64,000 nucleotides of DNA, from the NCBI GenBank assembly GCA_964016885.1, contig OZ024740.1, positions 211,296,001 to 211,360,000 of the forward strand. Direction: 5' to 3'. This document shows, in pieces, positions 50,101 to 63,900 of this stretch. The notes under the pieces are model-generated. The model was given only the letters and a program-made list of their open reading frames with translations. It made no database searches and was not told the origin of the DNA. Positions within the stretch are counted from its first letter, which is position 1; each line of letters starts with the position of its first letter. The DNA is from Eledone cirrhosa (Eukaryota). Both the position numbers and the translations under genes were made by a program.

Positions 50101-53100
50101 GAAGTTTACAATGAATGTCTCTCATAAAATATTAGTAGAAGGTAGCCATGATAGAAGTTTACAATGAAAGTCTCCCATAAGTTGATAGTAGAAGGTAGCC
50201 ATGATAGAAGTTTACAATGAAAGTCTCCCATATGTTGATAGTAGAAGGTAGCCATGATAGAAGTTTACAATGAAAGTCTCCCATAAGTTGATAGTAGAAG
50301 GTAGCGATGATAGAAGTTTACAATGAATGTCTCTCATAAAATAATAGTAGAAGGTAGCCATGATAGAAGTTTACAATGAAAGTCTCCCATAAGTTAATAG
50401 TAGAAGGTAGCCATGATAGAAGTTTACAATGAAAGTCTCCCATAAGTTAATAGTAGAAGGTAGCCATGATAGAAGTTTACAATGAAAGTCTCCCATAAAA
50501 TGATAGTAGAAGGTAGCCATGATAGAAGTTTACAATGAAAGTCTCCCATAAGTTGATAGTAGAAGGTAGCCATGATAGAAGTTTACAATGAAACACTCCC
50601 ATAAAATGATAGTAGAAAGTAGCCATGATAGAAGTTTACAATGAAAGTCTCCCATAAAATGATAGAAGGTAGCCATGATAGAAGTTTACAATGAAAGTCT
50701 CCCATAAAATGATAGTAGAAGGTAGCCATGATAGAAGTTTACAATGAATGTCTCCCATAAAATGATAGTAGAAGGTAGCCATGATAGAAGTTTACAATGA
50801 AAGTCTCCCATAAAATGATAGTAGAAGGTAGCCATGATAGAAGTTTACAATGAATGTCTCCCATAAAATGATAGTAGAAGGTAGCCATGATAGAAGTTTA
50901 CAATGAAACACTCCCATAAAATGATAGTAGAAGGTAGCCATGATAGAAGTTTACAATGAAAGTCTCCCATAAAATGATAGAAGGTAGCCATGATAGAAGT
51001 TTACAATGAAAGTCTCCCATAAAATGATAGTAGAAGGTAGCAATGATAGAAGTTTACAATGAAAGTCTCCCATAAGTTGATAGTAGAAGGTAGCCATTAT
51101 AGAAGTTTACAATGAATGTCTCCCATAAAATAATAGTAGAAGGTAGCCATGATAGAAGTTTACAATGAAAGTCTCCCATAAGTTAATAGTAGAAGGCAGC
51201 CATGATAGAAGTTTACAATGAAACACTCCCATAAAATGATAGTAGAAGGTAGCCATGATAGAAGTTTACAATGAAAGTCTCCCATAAAATGATAGAAGGT
51301 AGCCATGATAGAAGTTTACAATGAAAGTCTCCCATAAAATGATAGTAGAAGGTAGCAATGATAGAAGTTTACAATGAAAGTCTCCCATAAGTTGATAGTA
51401 GAAGGTAGCCATTATAGAAGTTTACAATGAATGTCTCCCATAAAATAATAGTAGAAGGTAGCCATGATAGAAGTTTACAATGAAAGTCTCCCATAAGTTA
51501 ATAGTAGAAGGCAGCCATGATAGAAGTTTACAATGAAAGTCTCCCATATGTTGATAGCAGAAGGTAGCCATGATAGAAGTTTACAATGAATGTCTCTCAT
51601 AAAATATTAGTAGAAGGTAGCCATGATAGAAGTTTACAATGAAAGTCTCCCATAAGTTGATAGTAGAAGGTAGCCATGATAGAAGTTTACAATTAAAGTC
51701 TCCCATATGTTGATAGTAGAAGGTAGCCATGATAGAAGTTTACAATGAAAGTCTCCCATAAGTTGATAGTAGAAGGTAGCGATGATAGAAGTTTACAATG
51801 AATGTCTCTCATAAAATAATAGTAGAAGGTAGCCATGATAGAAGTTTACAATGAATGTCTCCCATAAAATAATAGTAGAAGGTAGCCATGATAGAAGTTT
51901 ACAATGAAAGTCTCCCATAAGTTAATAGTAGAAGGCAGCCATGATAGAAGTTTACAATGAAAGTCTCCATTATGTTGATAGCAGAAGGTAGCCATGATAG
52001 AAGTTTACAATGAAAGTCTCCCATAAAATGATAGTAGAAGGTAGCCATGATAGAAGTTTACAATGAAAGTCTCCCATAAAATGATAGTAGAAGGTAGCCA
52101 TGATAGAAGTTTATAATGAAAGTCTCCCATAAGTTGATAGTAGAAGGTAGCCATGATAGAAGTTTACAATTAAAGTCTCTCATAAAATAATAGTAGAAGG
52201 TAGCCATGATAGAAGTTTACAATTAAAGTCTCTCATAAAATAATAGTAGAAGGTAGCCATGATAGAAGTTTACAATGAAAGTCTCACATAAGTTGATAGT
52301 AGAAGGTAGCCATGATAGAAGTTTACAATGAAAGTCTACCATAAAATGATAGTAGAAGGTGGCCATGATAGAAGTTTACAATGAAAGTCTCCCATAAAAT
52401 GATAGTAGAAGGTGGCCATGATAGAAGTTTACAATGAAAGTCTCCCATAAGTTGATAGTAGAAGGTAGCCATGATGGAAGTTTACAATGAATGCCCCCCA
52501 TAAGTTGATAGAGAAGGTACCCATGATAGAAGTTTACAATGAAAATCTCCCATAAGTTGATGGTAGAATGTAGCCATGATAGAAGTTTACAATGAAAGTC
52601 TCCCATAAAATGATAGTAGAAGGTAGTCATGATAGAAGTTTACAATGAAAGTCTCCCATAAAATGATAGTAGAAGGTAGCCATGATAGAAGTTTACAATG
52701 AAAGTGTCCCATAAATTGATAGTAGAAGGTAGCCATGATAGAAGTTTACAATGAAAGTCCCCCATAAGTTGATAGTAGAAGGTAGCCATGATAGAAGTTT
52801 ACAATGAAAGTCTCCCATTAAATGATAGTAGAAGGTAGCCATGATAGAAGTTTACAATTAAAGACTCCCATAAAATGATAGTAGAAGGTAGCCATGATAG
52901 AAGTTTACAATAAAAGTCTCCGATAAGTTATTAGTAGAAGGTAGCCATGATAGAAGTTTACAATGAAAGTCTCCCATAAGTTGATAGTAGAAGGTAGTCT
53001 TGATAGAAGTTTACGATGAAAGTCTCCCATAAATTGAGAGTAGAAGGTAGCCATGAGAGAAGTTTACAATGAAAGTCTCCCATAAGTTGATAGTAGAAGG

Positions 53101-56100
53101 TAGCCATGATAGAAGTTTACAATGAATGCCTCCCATAAGTTGATAGTAGAAGTTAGCCATGATAGAAGTTTACAATGAAAGTCTCCCATAAGCTGATAGT
53201 AGAAGGTAGCCATGATAGAAGTTTACAATGAAAGTCTCCCATAAGTTGATAGTAGAAGGTAGTGATGATAGAAGTTTACAATGAAAGTCTCCCATAAATT
53301 GAGAGTAGAAGGTAGCCATGATAGAAGTTTACAATGAAAGTCTCCGATAAGTTGATAGTAGAAGGTAGCCATGATAGAAGTTTACAATGAAAGTCTACCA
53401 TAAGTTGATAGTAGAAGGTAGCCATGATAGAAGTTTACAATGAAACACTCCCATAAAATGATAGTAGAAGGTAGCCATAATAGAAGTTTACAATGAATGT
53501 CTCTCATGAAATAATAGTAGAAGGTAGTCATGATAGAAGTTTACAATGAAAGTCTCTCATAAGTTGATAGTAGAAGGTAGCCATGATAGAAGTTTACAAT
53601 GAAAGTCTCCCATAAGTTGATAGCAGAAGGTAGCCATGATAGAAGTTTACAATGAAAATCTCCCATAAATTGATAGTAGAAGGTAGCCATGATAGAAGTT
53701 TACAATGAAAGTCTCCCATAAGTTGATAGTAGAAGGTAGCCATGGTAGAAGTTTAAAATGAAAGTCTCCCTTAAAATGATAGTAGAAGGTAGCCATGGTA
53801 GAAGTTTACAATGAAAGTCTCCCATAAGCTGATAGTAGAAGATAGCGATGATAGAAGTTTACAATGAAAGTCTCCTATAAATTGATAGTAGAAGGTAGCC
53901 ATGATAGAAGTTTACAATGAAAGTCTCCCATAAGTTGGTAGTAGAAGGTAGCCATGATTGAAGTTTACAATGAAAGTCTCCCATAAGTTGGTAGTAGAAG
54001 GTAGCCATGATTGAAGTTTACAATGAAAGTCTCCCATAAGTTGGTAGTAGAAGGTAGCCATGATAGAAGTTTACAATGAATGCCTCCCATAAAATAATAG
54101 TAGAAGGTAGCCATGATAGAAGTTTACAATCAAAGTCTCCCATAAGTTAATAGTAGAAGCTATCCATGGTAGAAGTTTACAATGAAAGTCTCCCATAAGT
54201 TGATAGTAGAAGGTTTCCATGATAGAAGTTTACAATGAAAGTCCCCCATACGTTGATAGTAGAAGGTAGCCATGATAGAAGTTTACAATAAATGTCTCTC
54301 ATAAAATATTAGTAGAAGGTAGCCATGATAGAAGTTTACAATGAAAGTCTCCCATAAGTTGATAGTAGAAGGTAGCCATGATAGAAGTTTACAATGAATG
54401 TCTCCCATAAAATAATAGTAGAAGGTAGCCATGATAGAAGTTTACAATGAAAGTCTCCCATAAGTTGATAGTAGAAGGTAGTCATGATAGAAGTTTACAA
54501 TGAATGTCTCCCATAAAATGATAGTAGAAGGTAGCCATGATAGAAGTTTACAATGAATGCCCCCCATAAGTTGATAGAGAAAGTACCCATGATAGAAGTT
54601 TACAATGAAAATCTCCCATAAGTTGATGGTAGAATGTAGCCATGATAGAAGTTTACAATGAAAGTCTCCCATAAAATGATAGTAGAAGGTAGTCATGATA
54701 GAAGTTTACAATGAAAGTCTCCCATAAAATGATAGTAGAAGGTAGCCATGATAGAAGTTTACAATGAAAGTGTCCCATAAATTGATAGTAGAAGGTAGCC
54801 ATGATAGAAGTTTACAATGAAAGTCCCCCATAAGTTGATAGTAGAAGGTAGCCATGATAGAAGTTTACAATGAAAGTCTCCCATTAAATGATAGTAGAAG
54901 GTAGCCATGATAGAAGTTTACAATTAAAGACTCCCATAAAATGATAGTAGAAGGTAGCCATGATAGAAGTTTACAATAAAAGTCTCCGATAAGTTATTAG
55001 TAGAAGGTAGCCATGATAGAAGTTTACAATGAAAGTCTCCCATAAGTTGATAGTAGAAGGTAGTCTTGATAGAAGTTTACGATGAAAGTCTCCCATAAAT
55101 TGAGAGTAGAAGGTAGCCATGAGAGAAGTTTACAATGAAAGTCTCCCATAAGTTGATAGTAGAAGGTAGCCATGATAGAAGTTTACAATGAATGCCTCAC
55201 ATAAGTTGATAGTAGAAGTTAGCCATGATAGAAGTTTACAATGAAAGTCTCCCATAAGCTGATAGTAGAAGGTAGCGATGATAGAAGTTTACAATGAAAG
55301 ACTCCCATAAATTGAGAGTAGAAGGTAGCCATGATAGAAGTTTACAATGAAAGTCTCCGATAAGTTGATAGTAGAAGGTAGCCATGATAGAAGTTTACAA
55401 TGAAAGTCTACCATAAGTTGATAGTAGAAGGTAGCCATGATAGAAGTTTACAATGAAACACTCCCATAAAATGATAGTAGAAGGTAGCCATGATAGAAGT
55501 TTACAATGAATGACTCTCATGAAATAATAGTAGAAGGTAGTCATGATAGAAGTTTACAATGAAAGTCTCTCATAAGTTGATAGTAGAAGGTAGCCATGAT
55601 AGAAGTTTACAATGAAAGTCTCCCATAAGTTGATAGCAGAAGGTAGCCATGATAGAAGTTTACAATGAAAATCTCCCATAAATTGATAGTAGAAGGTAGC
55701 CATGATAGAAGTTTACAATGAAAGTCTCCCATAAGTTGATAGTAGAAGGTAGCCATGGTAGAAGTTTAAAATGAAAGTCTCCCTTAAAATGATAGTAGAA
55801 GGTAGCCATGGTAGAAGTTTACAATGAAAGTCTCCCATAAGCTGATAGTAGAAGATAGCGATGATAGGAGTTTACAATGAAAGTCTCCTATAAATTAATA
55901 GTAGAAGGTAGCCATGATAGAAGTTTACAATGAAAGTCTCCCATAAGTTGGTAGTAGAAGGTAGCCATGATTGAAGTTTACAATGAAAGTCTCCCATAAG
56001 TTGGTAGTAGAAGGTAGCCATGATTGAAGTTTACAATGAAAGTCTCCCATAAGTTGGTAGTAGAAGTTGGCCATGATAGAAGTTTACAATGAATGCCTCC

Positions 56101-57960
56101 CATAAAATAATAGTAGAAGGTAGCCATGATAGAAGTTTACAATCAAAGTCTCCCATAAGTTAATAGTAGAAGCTAGCCATGGTAGAAGTTTACAATGAAA
56201 GTCTCCCATAAGTTGATAGTAGAAGGTTTCCATGATTGAAGTTTACAATGAAAGTCCCCCATAAGTTGATAGTAGAAGGTAGCCATGATAGAAGTTTACA
56301 ATAAATGTCTCCCATAAAATGATAGTAGAAGGTAGCCATGATAGAAGTTTACAATGAAAGTCTCCCATAAAATGATAGTAGAAGGTAGCAATGATAGAAG
56401 TTTACAATGAAAGTCTCCCATAAGTTGATAGTAGAAGGTAGCCATTATAGAAGTTTACAATGAATGTCTCCCATAAAATAATAGTAGAAGGTAGCCATGA
56501 TAGAAGTTTACAATGAAAGTCTCCCATAAGTTAATAGTAGAAGGCAGCCATGATAGAAGTTTACAATGAAAGTCTCCCATATGTTGATAGCAGAAGGTAG
56601 CCATGATAGAAGTTTACAATGAATGTCTCTCATAAAATATTAGTAGAAGGTAGCCATGATAGAAGTTTACAATGAAAGTCTCCCATAAGTTGATAGTAGA
56701 AGGTAGCCATGATAGAAGTTTACAATGAAAGTCTCCCATATGTTGATAGTAGAAGGTAGCCATGATAGAAGTTTACAATGAAAGTCTCCCATAAGTTGAT
56801 AGTAGAAGGTAGCGATGATAGAAGTTTACAATGAATGTCTCTCATAAAATAATAGTAGAAGGTAGCCATGATAGAAGTTTACAATGAAAGTCTCCCATAA
56901 GTTAATAGTAGAAGGTAGCCATGATAGAAGTTTACAATGAAAGTCTCCCATAAAATGATAGTAGAAGGTAGCCATGATAGAAGTTTACAATGAAAGTCTC
57001 CCATAAGTTGATAGTAGAAGGTAGCCATGATAGAAGTTTACAATGAAACACTCCCATAAAATCATAGTAGAAGGTAGCCATGATAGAAGTTTACAATGAA
57101 AGTCTCCCATCAGTTGATAGTAGAAGGTAGCCATGATAGAAGTTTACAATTAAAGTCTCCCATAAAATGATAGTAGAAGGTAGCCATGATAGAAGTTTAC
57201 AATGAAAGTCTCCCATAAAATGATAGAAGGTAGCCATGATAGAAGTTTACAATGAAAGTCTCCCATAAAATGATAGTAGAAGGTAGCCATGATAGAAGTT
57301 TACAATGAATGTCTCCCATAAAATGATAGTAGAAGGTAGCCATGATAGAAGTTTACAATGAAAGTCTCCCATAAGTTGATGGTAGAAGGTAGCCATGATA
57401 GAAGTTTACAATAAAAGTCTCCCATAAGTTGATAGTAGAAGATAGCCATGATAGAAGTTTACAATGAATGTCTCTCATAAAATAATAGTAGAAGGTAGTC
57501 ATGATAGAAGTTTACAATGAAAGTCTCCCATATGTTGATAGTAGAAGGTAGCCATGATAGAAGTTTACAATGAATGTCTCCCATAAAATAATAGTAGAAG
57601 GTAGTCATGATAGAAGTTTACAATGAAAGTCTCCCATAAGTTGATAGTAGAAGGTAGCCATGATAGAAGTTTACAATGAATGTCTCCCATAAGTTGATAG
57701 TAGAAGGTAGTCATGATAGAAGTTTACAATGAATGTCTCCCATAAAATGATAGTAGAAGGTAGCCATGATAGAAGTTTACAATGAAAGTCTCCCATAAAA
57801 TGATAGTAGAAGGTAGCAATGATAGAAGTTTACAATGAAAGTCTCCCATAAGTTGATAGTAGAAGGTAGCCATGATAGAAGTTTACAATGAATGTCTCCC
57901 ATAAAATAATAGTAGAAGGTAGTCATGATAGAAGTTTACAATGAAAGTCTCCCATAAAAT
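32100..57960. repeat. Array sub-domain C with a variable-length higher-order repeat (7 copies of one core)
   Basis: The marker GAAGATAGCGATG lies at 33880, 38802, 42087, 46379, 49346, 53841 and 55854. Other domain variants are TCCGATAAGTTATTAG, AATTGAGAGTAG and the 52-bp GTACCCATG monomer. Confidence 0.8.
34347..37414. repeat. Tandem duplication of a 29-monomer (1534 bp) block: 34347-35880 and 35881-37414
   Basis: The 50-bp deletion monomers at 35301 and 36835 are 1534 bp apart (29*53-3). The order of GTAGCAATG, GCCATTATAG, CATATGTT, CCCATCAGTT and AAGATAGCC variants is the same in both copies. Confidence 0.85.
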
Positions 57961-60900
57961 GATAGTAGAAGGTAGCCATGATAGAAGTTTACAATGAATG
58001 TCTCCCATAAAATAATAGTAGAAGGTAGCCATGATAGAAGTTTACAATGAATGTCTCTCATAAAATAATAGTAGAAGATAGCCAAGATAGAAGTTTACAA
58101 TGAAAGTCTCCCATAAGATGATAGTAGAAGGTAGCCATGATAGAAGTTTACAATGAAAGCCCACCATAAGTTGATAGTAGAAGGTAGCCATGATAGAAGT
58201 TTACAATGAAAGTCTCCCATAAAATGATAGTAGAAGGTAGCCATGATAGAAGTTTACAATGAAAGTCTCCCATAAAATGATAGTAGAAGGTAGCCATGAT
58301 AGAAGTTTACAATGAAAGTCTCCCATTAAATGATAGTAGAAGGTAGCCATGATAGAAGTTTACAATGAAAGTCTCCCATAAGTTAATAGTAGAAGCTAGC
58401 CATGGTAGAAGTTTAAAATGAAAGTCTCCCATAAGTTGATGGTAGAATGTAGCCATGATAGAAGTTTACAATGAAAGTCTCCCATAAAAAGATAGTAGAA
58501 GGTAGCCATGATAGAAGTTTACAATGAAAGTCTCCCATAAGTTGATAGTAGAAGGTAGACATGATATTAGTTTACAATGAAAGTCTCCCATAAGTTGATA
58601 GTAGAAGGTAGCCATGATAGAGGTTTACAATGAAAGTCTCCCATAAAATGATAGTAGAAGGTAGCCATGATAGAAGTTTACGATGAAAGTCTCCCATAAA
58701 ATGATAGAAGGTAGCCATGATAGAAGTTTACAATGAATGTCTCTCATAAAATAATAGTAGAAGGTAGTCATGATAGAAGTTTGCAATGAAAGTCTCCCAT
58801 ATGTTCATAGTAGAAGGTAGCCATGATAGAAGTTTACAATGAATTTCTCCCATAAAATAATAGTAGAAGGTAGACATGATAGAAGTTTACAATGAAAGTC
58901 TCCCATAAGTTGATAGTAGAAGGTAGCGATGATAGAAGTTTACAATGAATGTCTCCCATAAAATAATAGTAGAAGGTAGCCATGATAGATGTTTACAATG
59001 AAAGTCTCCCATAAGTTGATAGTAGAAGGTAGTCATGATAGAAGTTTACAATAAATGTCTCCCATAAAATGATAGTAGAAGGTAGCCATGATAGAAGTTT
59101 ACAATGAAAGTCTCCCATAAAATGATAGTAGAAGGTAGCAATGATAGAAGTTTACAATGAAAGTCTCCCATAAGTTGATAGTAGAATGTAGCCATTATAG
59201 AAGTTTACAATGAATGTCTCCCATAAAATAATAGTAGAAGGTAGCCATGATAGAAGTTTACAATGAAAGTCTCCCATAAGTTAATAGTAGAAGGTAGCCA
59301 TGATAGAAGTTTACAATGAAAGTCTCCCATATGTTGATAGCAGAAGGTAGCCATGATAGAAGTTTACAATGAATGTCTCTCATAAAATAATAGTAGAAGG
59401 TAGCCATGATAGAAGTTTACAATGAAAGTCTCCCATAAGTTAATAGTAGAAGGTAGCCATGATAGAAGTTTACAATGAAAGTCTCCCATAAGTTGATAGT
59501 AGAAGGTAGCGATGATAGAAGTTTACAATGAATGTCTCCCATAAAATAATAGTAGAAGGTAGCCATGATAGAAGTTTACAATGAAAGTCTCCCATAAAAT
59601 GATAGTAGAAGGTAGCCATGGAAGAAGTTTACAATGAAAGTCTCCCATAAGTTGATAGTAGAAGGTAGCCATGATAGAAGTTTACAATGAAAGTCTCCCA
59701 TGAAATGATAGTAGAAGGTAGCCATGATAGAAGTTTACAATGAAAGTCTCCCTTAAAATGATAGTAGAAGGTAGCCATGGAAGAAGTTTACTATGAATGT
59801 CTCCCATAAAATGATAGCAGAAGGTAGCCATGATAGAAGTTTACAATGAAAGTCTCCCATAAAATGATAGTAGAAGGTAGCCATGATAGAAGTTTATAAT
59901 GAAAGTCTCCCATAAGTTGGTAGTAGAAGGTAGCCATGATAGAAGCTTACAATGAAAGTCTCCCATAAGTTGGTAGTAGAAGGTAGCCATGATAGAAGTT
60001 TACAATGAAAGTCTCCCATAAGTTGGTAGTAGAAGGTAGCCATGATAGAAGTTTACAATGAATGCCTCCCATAAGTTGATAGTAGAAGGTAGCCATGATA
60101 GAAGTTTACAATGAATGTCTCCCATAAAATAATAGTAGAAGGTAGCCATGATAGAAGTTTACAATGAAAGTCTCCCATAAGTTGGTAGTAGAAGGTAGCC
60201 ATGATAGAAGTTTACAATGAAAGTCTCCCATAAGTTGGTAGTAGAAGGTAGCCATGATAGAAGTTTACAATGAATGCCTCCCATGAGTTGATAGTAGAAG
60301 GTAGCCATGATAGAAGTTTACAATGAATGTCTCCCATAAAATAATAGTAGAAGGCAGCCATGATAGAAGTTTACAATGAAAGTCTCCCATAAGTTAATAG
60401 TAGAAGGTAGCCATGGTAGAAGTTTACAATGAAAGTCTCCCATAAGTTGGTAGTAGAAGGTAGCCATGATAGAAGTTTACAATGAATGCCTCCCATAAGT
60501 TGATAGTAGAAGGTAGCCATGATAGAAGTTTACAATGAATGTCTCCCATAAAATAATAGTAGAAGACAGCCATGATAGAAGTTTACAATGAAAGTCTCCC
60601 ATAAGTTAATAGTAGAAGCTAGCCATGGTAGAAGTTTGCAATGAAAGTCTCCCATAAAATAATAGTAGAAGGTAGCCATGGTAGAAGTTTACAATGAAAG
60701 TCTCCCATAAGTTGATGGTAGAAGGTAGCCATGATAGAAGTTTACAATGAAAGTCTCCCATAAAAAGATAGTAGAAGGTAGCCATGATAGAAGTTTACAA
60801 TGAAAGTCTCCCATAAGTTGATAGTAGAAGGTAGCCATGATAGAAGTTTATAATGAAAGTCTCCCATAAGTTGATAGTAGAAGGTAGCCATGATAGAAGT

Positions 60901-63900
60901 TTACAATGAAAGTATCCCATAAAATGATAGTAGAAGGTGGCCATGATAGAAGTTTACAATGAAAGTCCCCCATAAGTTGATAGCAGAAGGTAGCGATGAT
61001 AGAAGTTTACAATGAAAGTCTCCCATAAAATGATAGTAGAAGGTAGCCCTGATAGAAGTTTACAATGAAAGTCTCGCATAAAATGATAGTAGAAGGTAGC
61101 CATGATAGAAGTTTGCAATGAATGTCTCCCATAAAATAATAGTAGAAGGTAGCCATGATAGAAGTTTACAATGAATGTCTCTCATAAAATAATAGTAGAA
61201 GATAGCCAAGATAGAAGTTTACAATGAAAGTCTCCCATAAGATGATAGTAGAAGGTAGCCATGATAGAAGTTTACAATGAAAGCCCACCATAAGTTGATA
61301 GTAGAAGGTAGCCATGATAGAAGTTTACAATGAAAGTCTCCCATAAAATGATAGTAGAAGGTAGCCATGATAGAAGTTTACAATGAAAGTCTCCCATAAA
61401 ATGATAGTAGAAGGTAGCCATGATAGAAGTTTACAATGAAAGTCTCCCATTAAATGATAGTAGAAGGTAGCCATGATAGAAGTTTACAATGAAAGTCTCC
61501 CATAAGTTGATGTTAGAAGGTAGCCATGATACAAGTTTACAATGAAAGTCTCCCATAAGTTAATAGTAGAAGCTAGCCATGGTAGAAGTTTAAAATGAAA
61601 GTCTCCCATAAGTTGATGGTAGAATGTAGCCATGATAGAAGTTTACAATGAAAGTCTCCCATAAAAAGATAGTAGAAGGTAGCCATGATAGAAGTTTACA
61701 ATGAAAGTCTCCCATAAGTTGATAGTAGAAGGTAGACATGATATTAGTTTACAATGAAAGTCTCCCATAAGTTGATAGTAGAAGGTAGCCATGATAGAGG
61801 TTTACAATGAAAGTCTCCCATAAAATGATAGTAGAAGGTAGCCATGATAGAAGTTTACGATGAAAGTCTCCCATAAAATGATAGAAGGTAGCCATGATAG
61901 AAGTTTACAATGAATGTCTCTCATAAAATAATAGTAGAAGGTAGTCATGATAGAAGTTTGCAATGAAAGTCTCCCATATGTTCATAGTAGAAGGTAGCCA
62001 TGATAGAAGTTTACAATGAATTTCTCCCATAAAATAATAGTAGAAGGTAGACATGATAGAAGTTTACAATGAAAGTCTCCCATAAGTTGATAGTAGAAGG
62101 TAGCGATGATAGAAGTTTACAATGAATGTCTCCCATAAAATAATAGTAGAAGGTAGCCATGATAGATGTTTACAATGAAAGTCTCCCATGAGTTGATAGT
62201 AGAAGGTAGTCATGATAGAAGTTTACAATAAATGTCTCCCATAAAATGATAGTAGAAGGTAGCCATGATAGAAGTTTACAATGAAAGTCTCCCATAAAAT
62301 GATAGTAGAAGGTAGCAATGATAGAAGTTTACAATGAAAGTCTCCCATAAGTTGATAGTAGAATGTAGCCATTATAGAAGTTTACAATGAATGTCTCCCA
62401 TAAAATAATAGTAGAAGGTAGCCATGATAGAAGTTTACAATGAAAGTCTCCCATAAGTTAATAGTAGAAGGTAGCCATGATAGAAGTTTACAATGAAAGT
62501 CTCCCATATGTTGATAGCAGAAGGTAGCCATGATAGAAGTTTACAATGAATGTCTCTCATAAAATAATAGTAGAAGGTAGCCATGATAGAAGTTTACAAT
62601 GAAAGTCTCCCATAAGTTAATAGTAGAAGGTAGCCATGATAGAAGTTTACAATGAAAGTCTCCCATAAGTTGATAGTAGAAGGTAGCGATGATAGAAGTT
62701 TACAATGAATGTCTCCCATAAAATAATAGTAGAAGGTAGCCATGATAGAAGTTTACAATGAAAGTCTCCCATAAGTTGATAGTAGAAGGTAGCGATGATA
62801 GAAGTTTACAATGAATGTCTCCCATAAAATGATAGTAGAAGGTAGCCATGGAAGAAGTTTACAATGAAAGTCTCCCATAAGTTGATAGTAGAAGGTAGCC
62901 ATGATAGAAGTTTACAATGAAAGTCTCCCATGAAATGATAGTAGAAGGTAGCCATGATAGAAGTTTACAATGAAAGTCTCCCTTAAAATGATAGTAGAAG
63001 GTAGCCATGGAAGAAGTTTACTATGAATGTCTCCCATAAAATGATAGCAGAAGGTAGCCATGATAGAAGTTTACAATGAAAGTCTCCCATAAAATGATAG
63101 TAGAAGGTAGCCATGATAGAAGTTTATAATGAAAGTCTCCCATAAGTTGGTAGTAGAAGGTAGCCATGATAGAAGCTTACAATGAAAGTCTCCCATAAGT
63201 TGGTAGTAGAAGGTAGCCATGATAGAAGTTTACAATGAAAGTCTCCCATAAGTTGGTAGTAGAAGGTAGCCATGATAGAAGTTTACAATGAATGCCTCCC
63301 ATAAGTTGATAGTAGAAGGTAGCCATGATAGAAGTTTACAATGAATGTCTCCCATAAAATAATAGTAGAAGGTAGCCATGATAGAAGTTTACAATGAAAG
63401 TCTCCCATAAGTTGGTAGTAGAAGGTAGCCATGATAGAAGTTTACAATGAAAGTCTCCCATAAGTTGGTAGTAGAAGGTAGCCATGATAGAAGTTTACAA
63501 TGAATGCCTCCCATGAGTTGATAGTAGAAGGTAGCCATGATAGAAGTTTACAATGAATGTCTCCCATAAAATAATAGTAGAAGGCAGCCATGATAGAAGT
63601 TTACAATGAAAGTCTCCCATAAGTTAATAGTAGAAGGTAGCCATGGTAGAAGTTTACAATGAAAGTCTCCCATAAGTTGGTAGTAGAAGGTAGCCATGAT
63701 AGAAGTTTACAATGAATGCCTCCCATAAGTTGATAGTAGAAGGTAGCCATGATAGAAGTTTACAATGAATGTCTCCCATAAAATAATAGTAGAAGACAGC
63801 CATGATAGAAGTTTACAATGAAAGTCTCCCATAAGTTAATAGTAGAAGCTAGCCATGGTAGAAGTTTGCAATGAAAGTCTCCCATAAAATAATAGTAGAA

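Noticed and set aside
1672-54696. The 16 minus-strand ORFs (67-102 aa) in the ORF track as protein-coding genes
   Set aside because: All are translations of the 53-bp repeat. They pass the length cutoff only where a +1/-1 indel monomer or a point change removes the single TAA. They overlap in different frames, and I recognise no domain or gene context.
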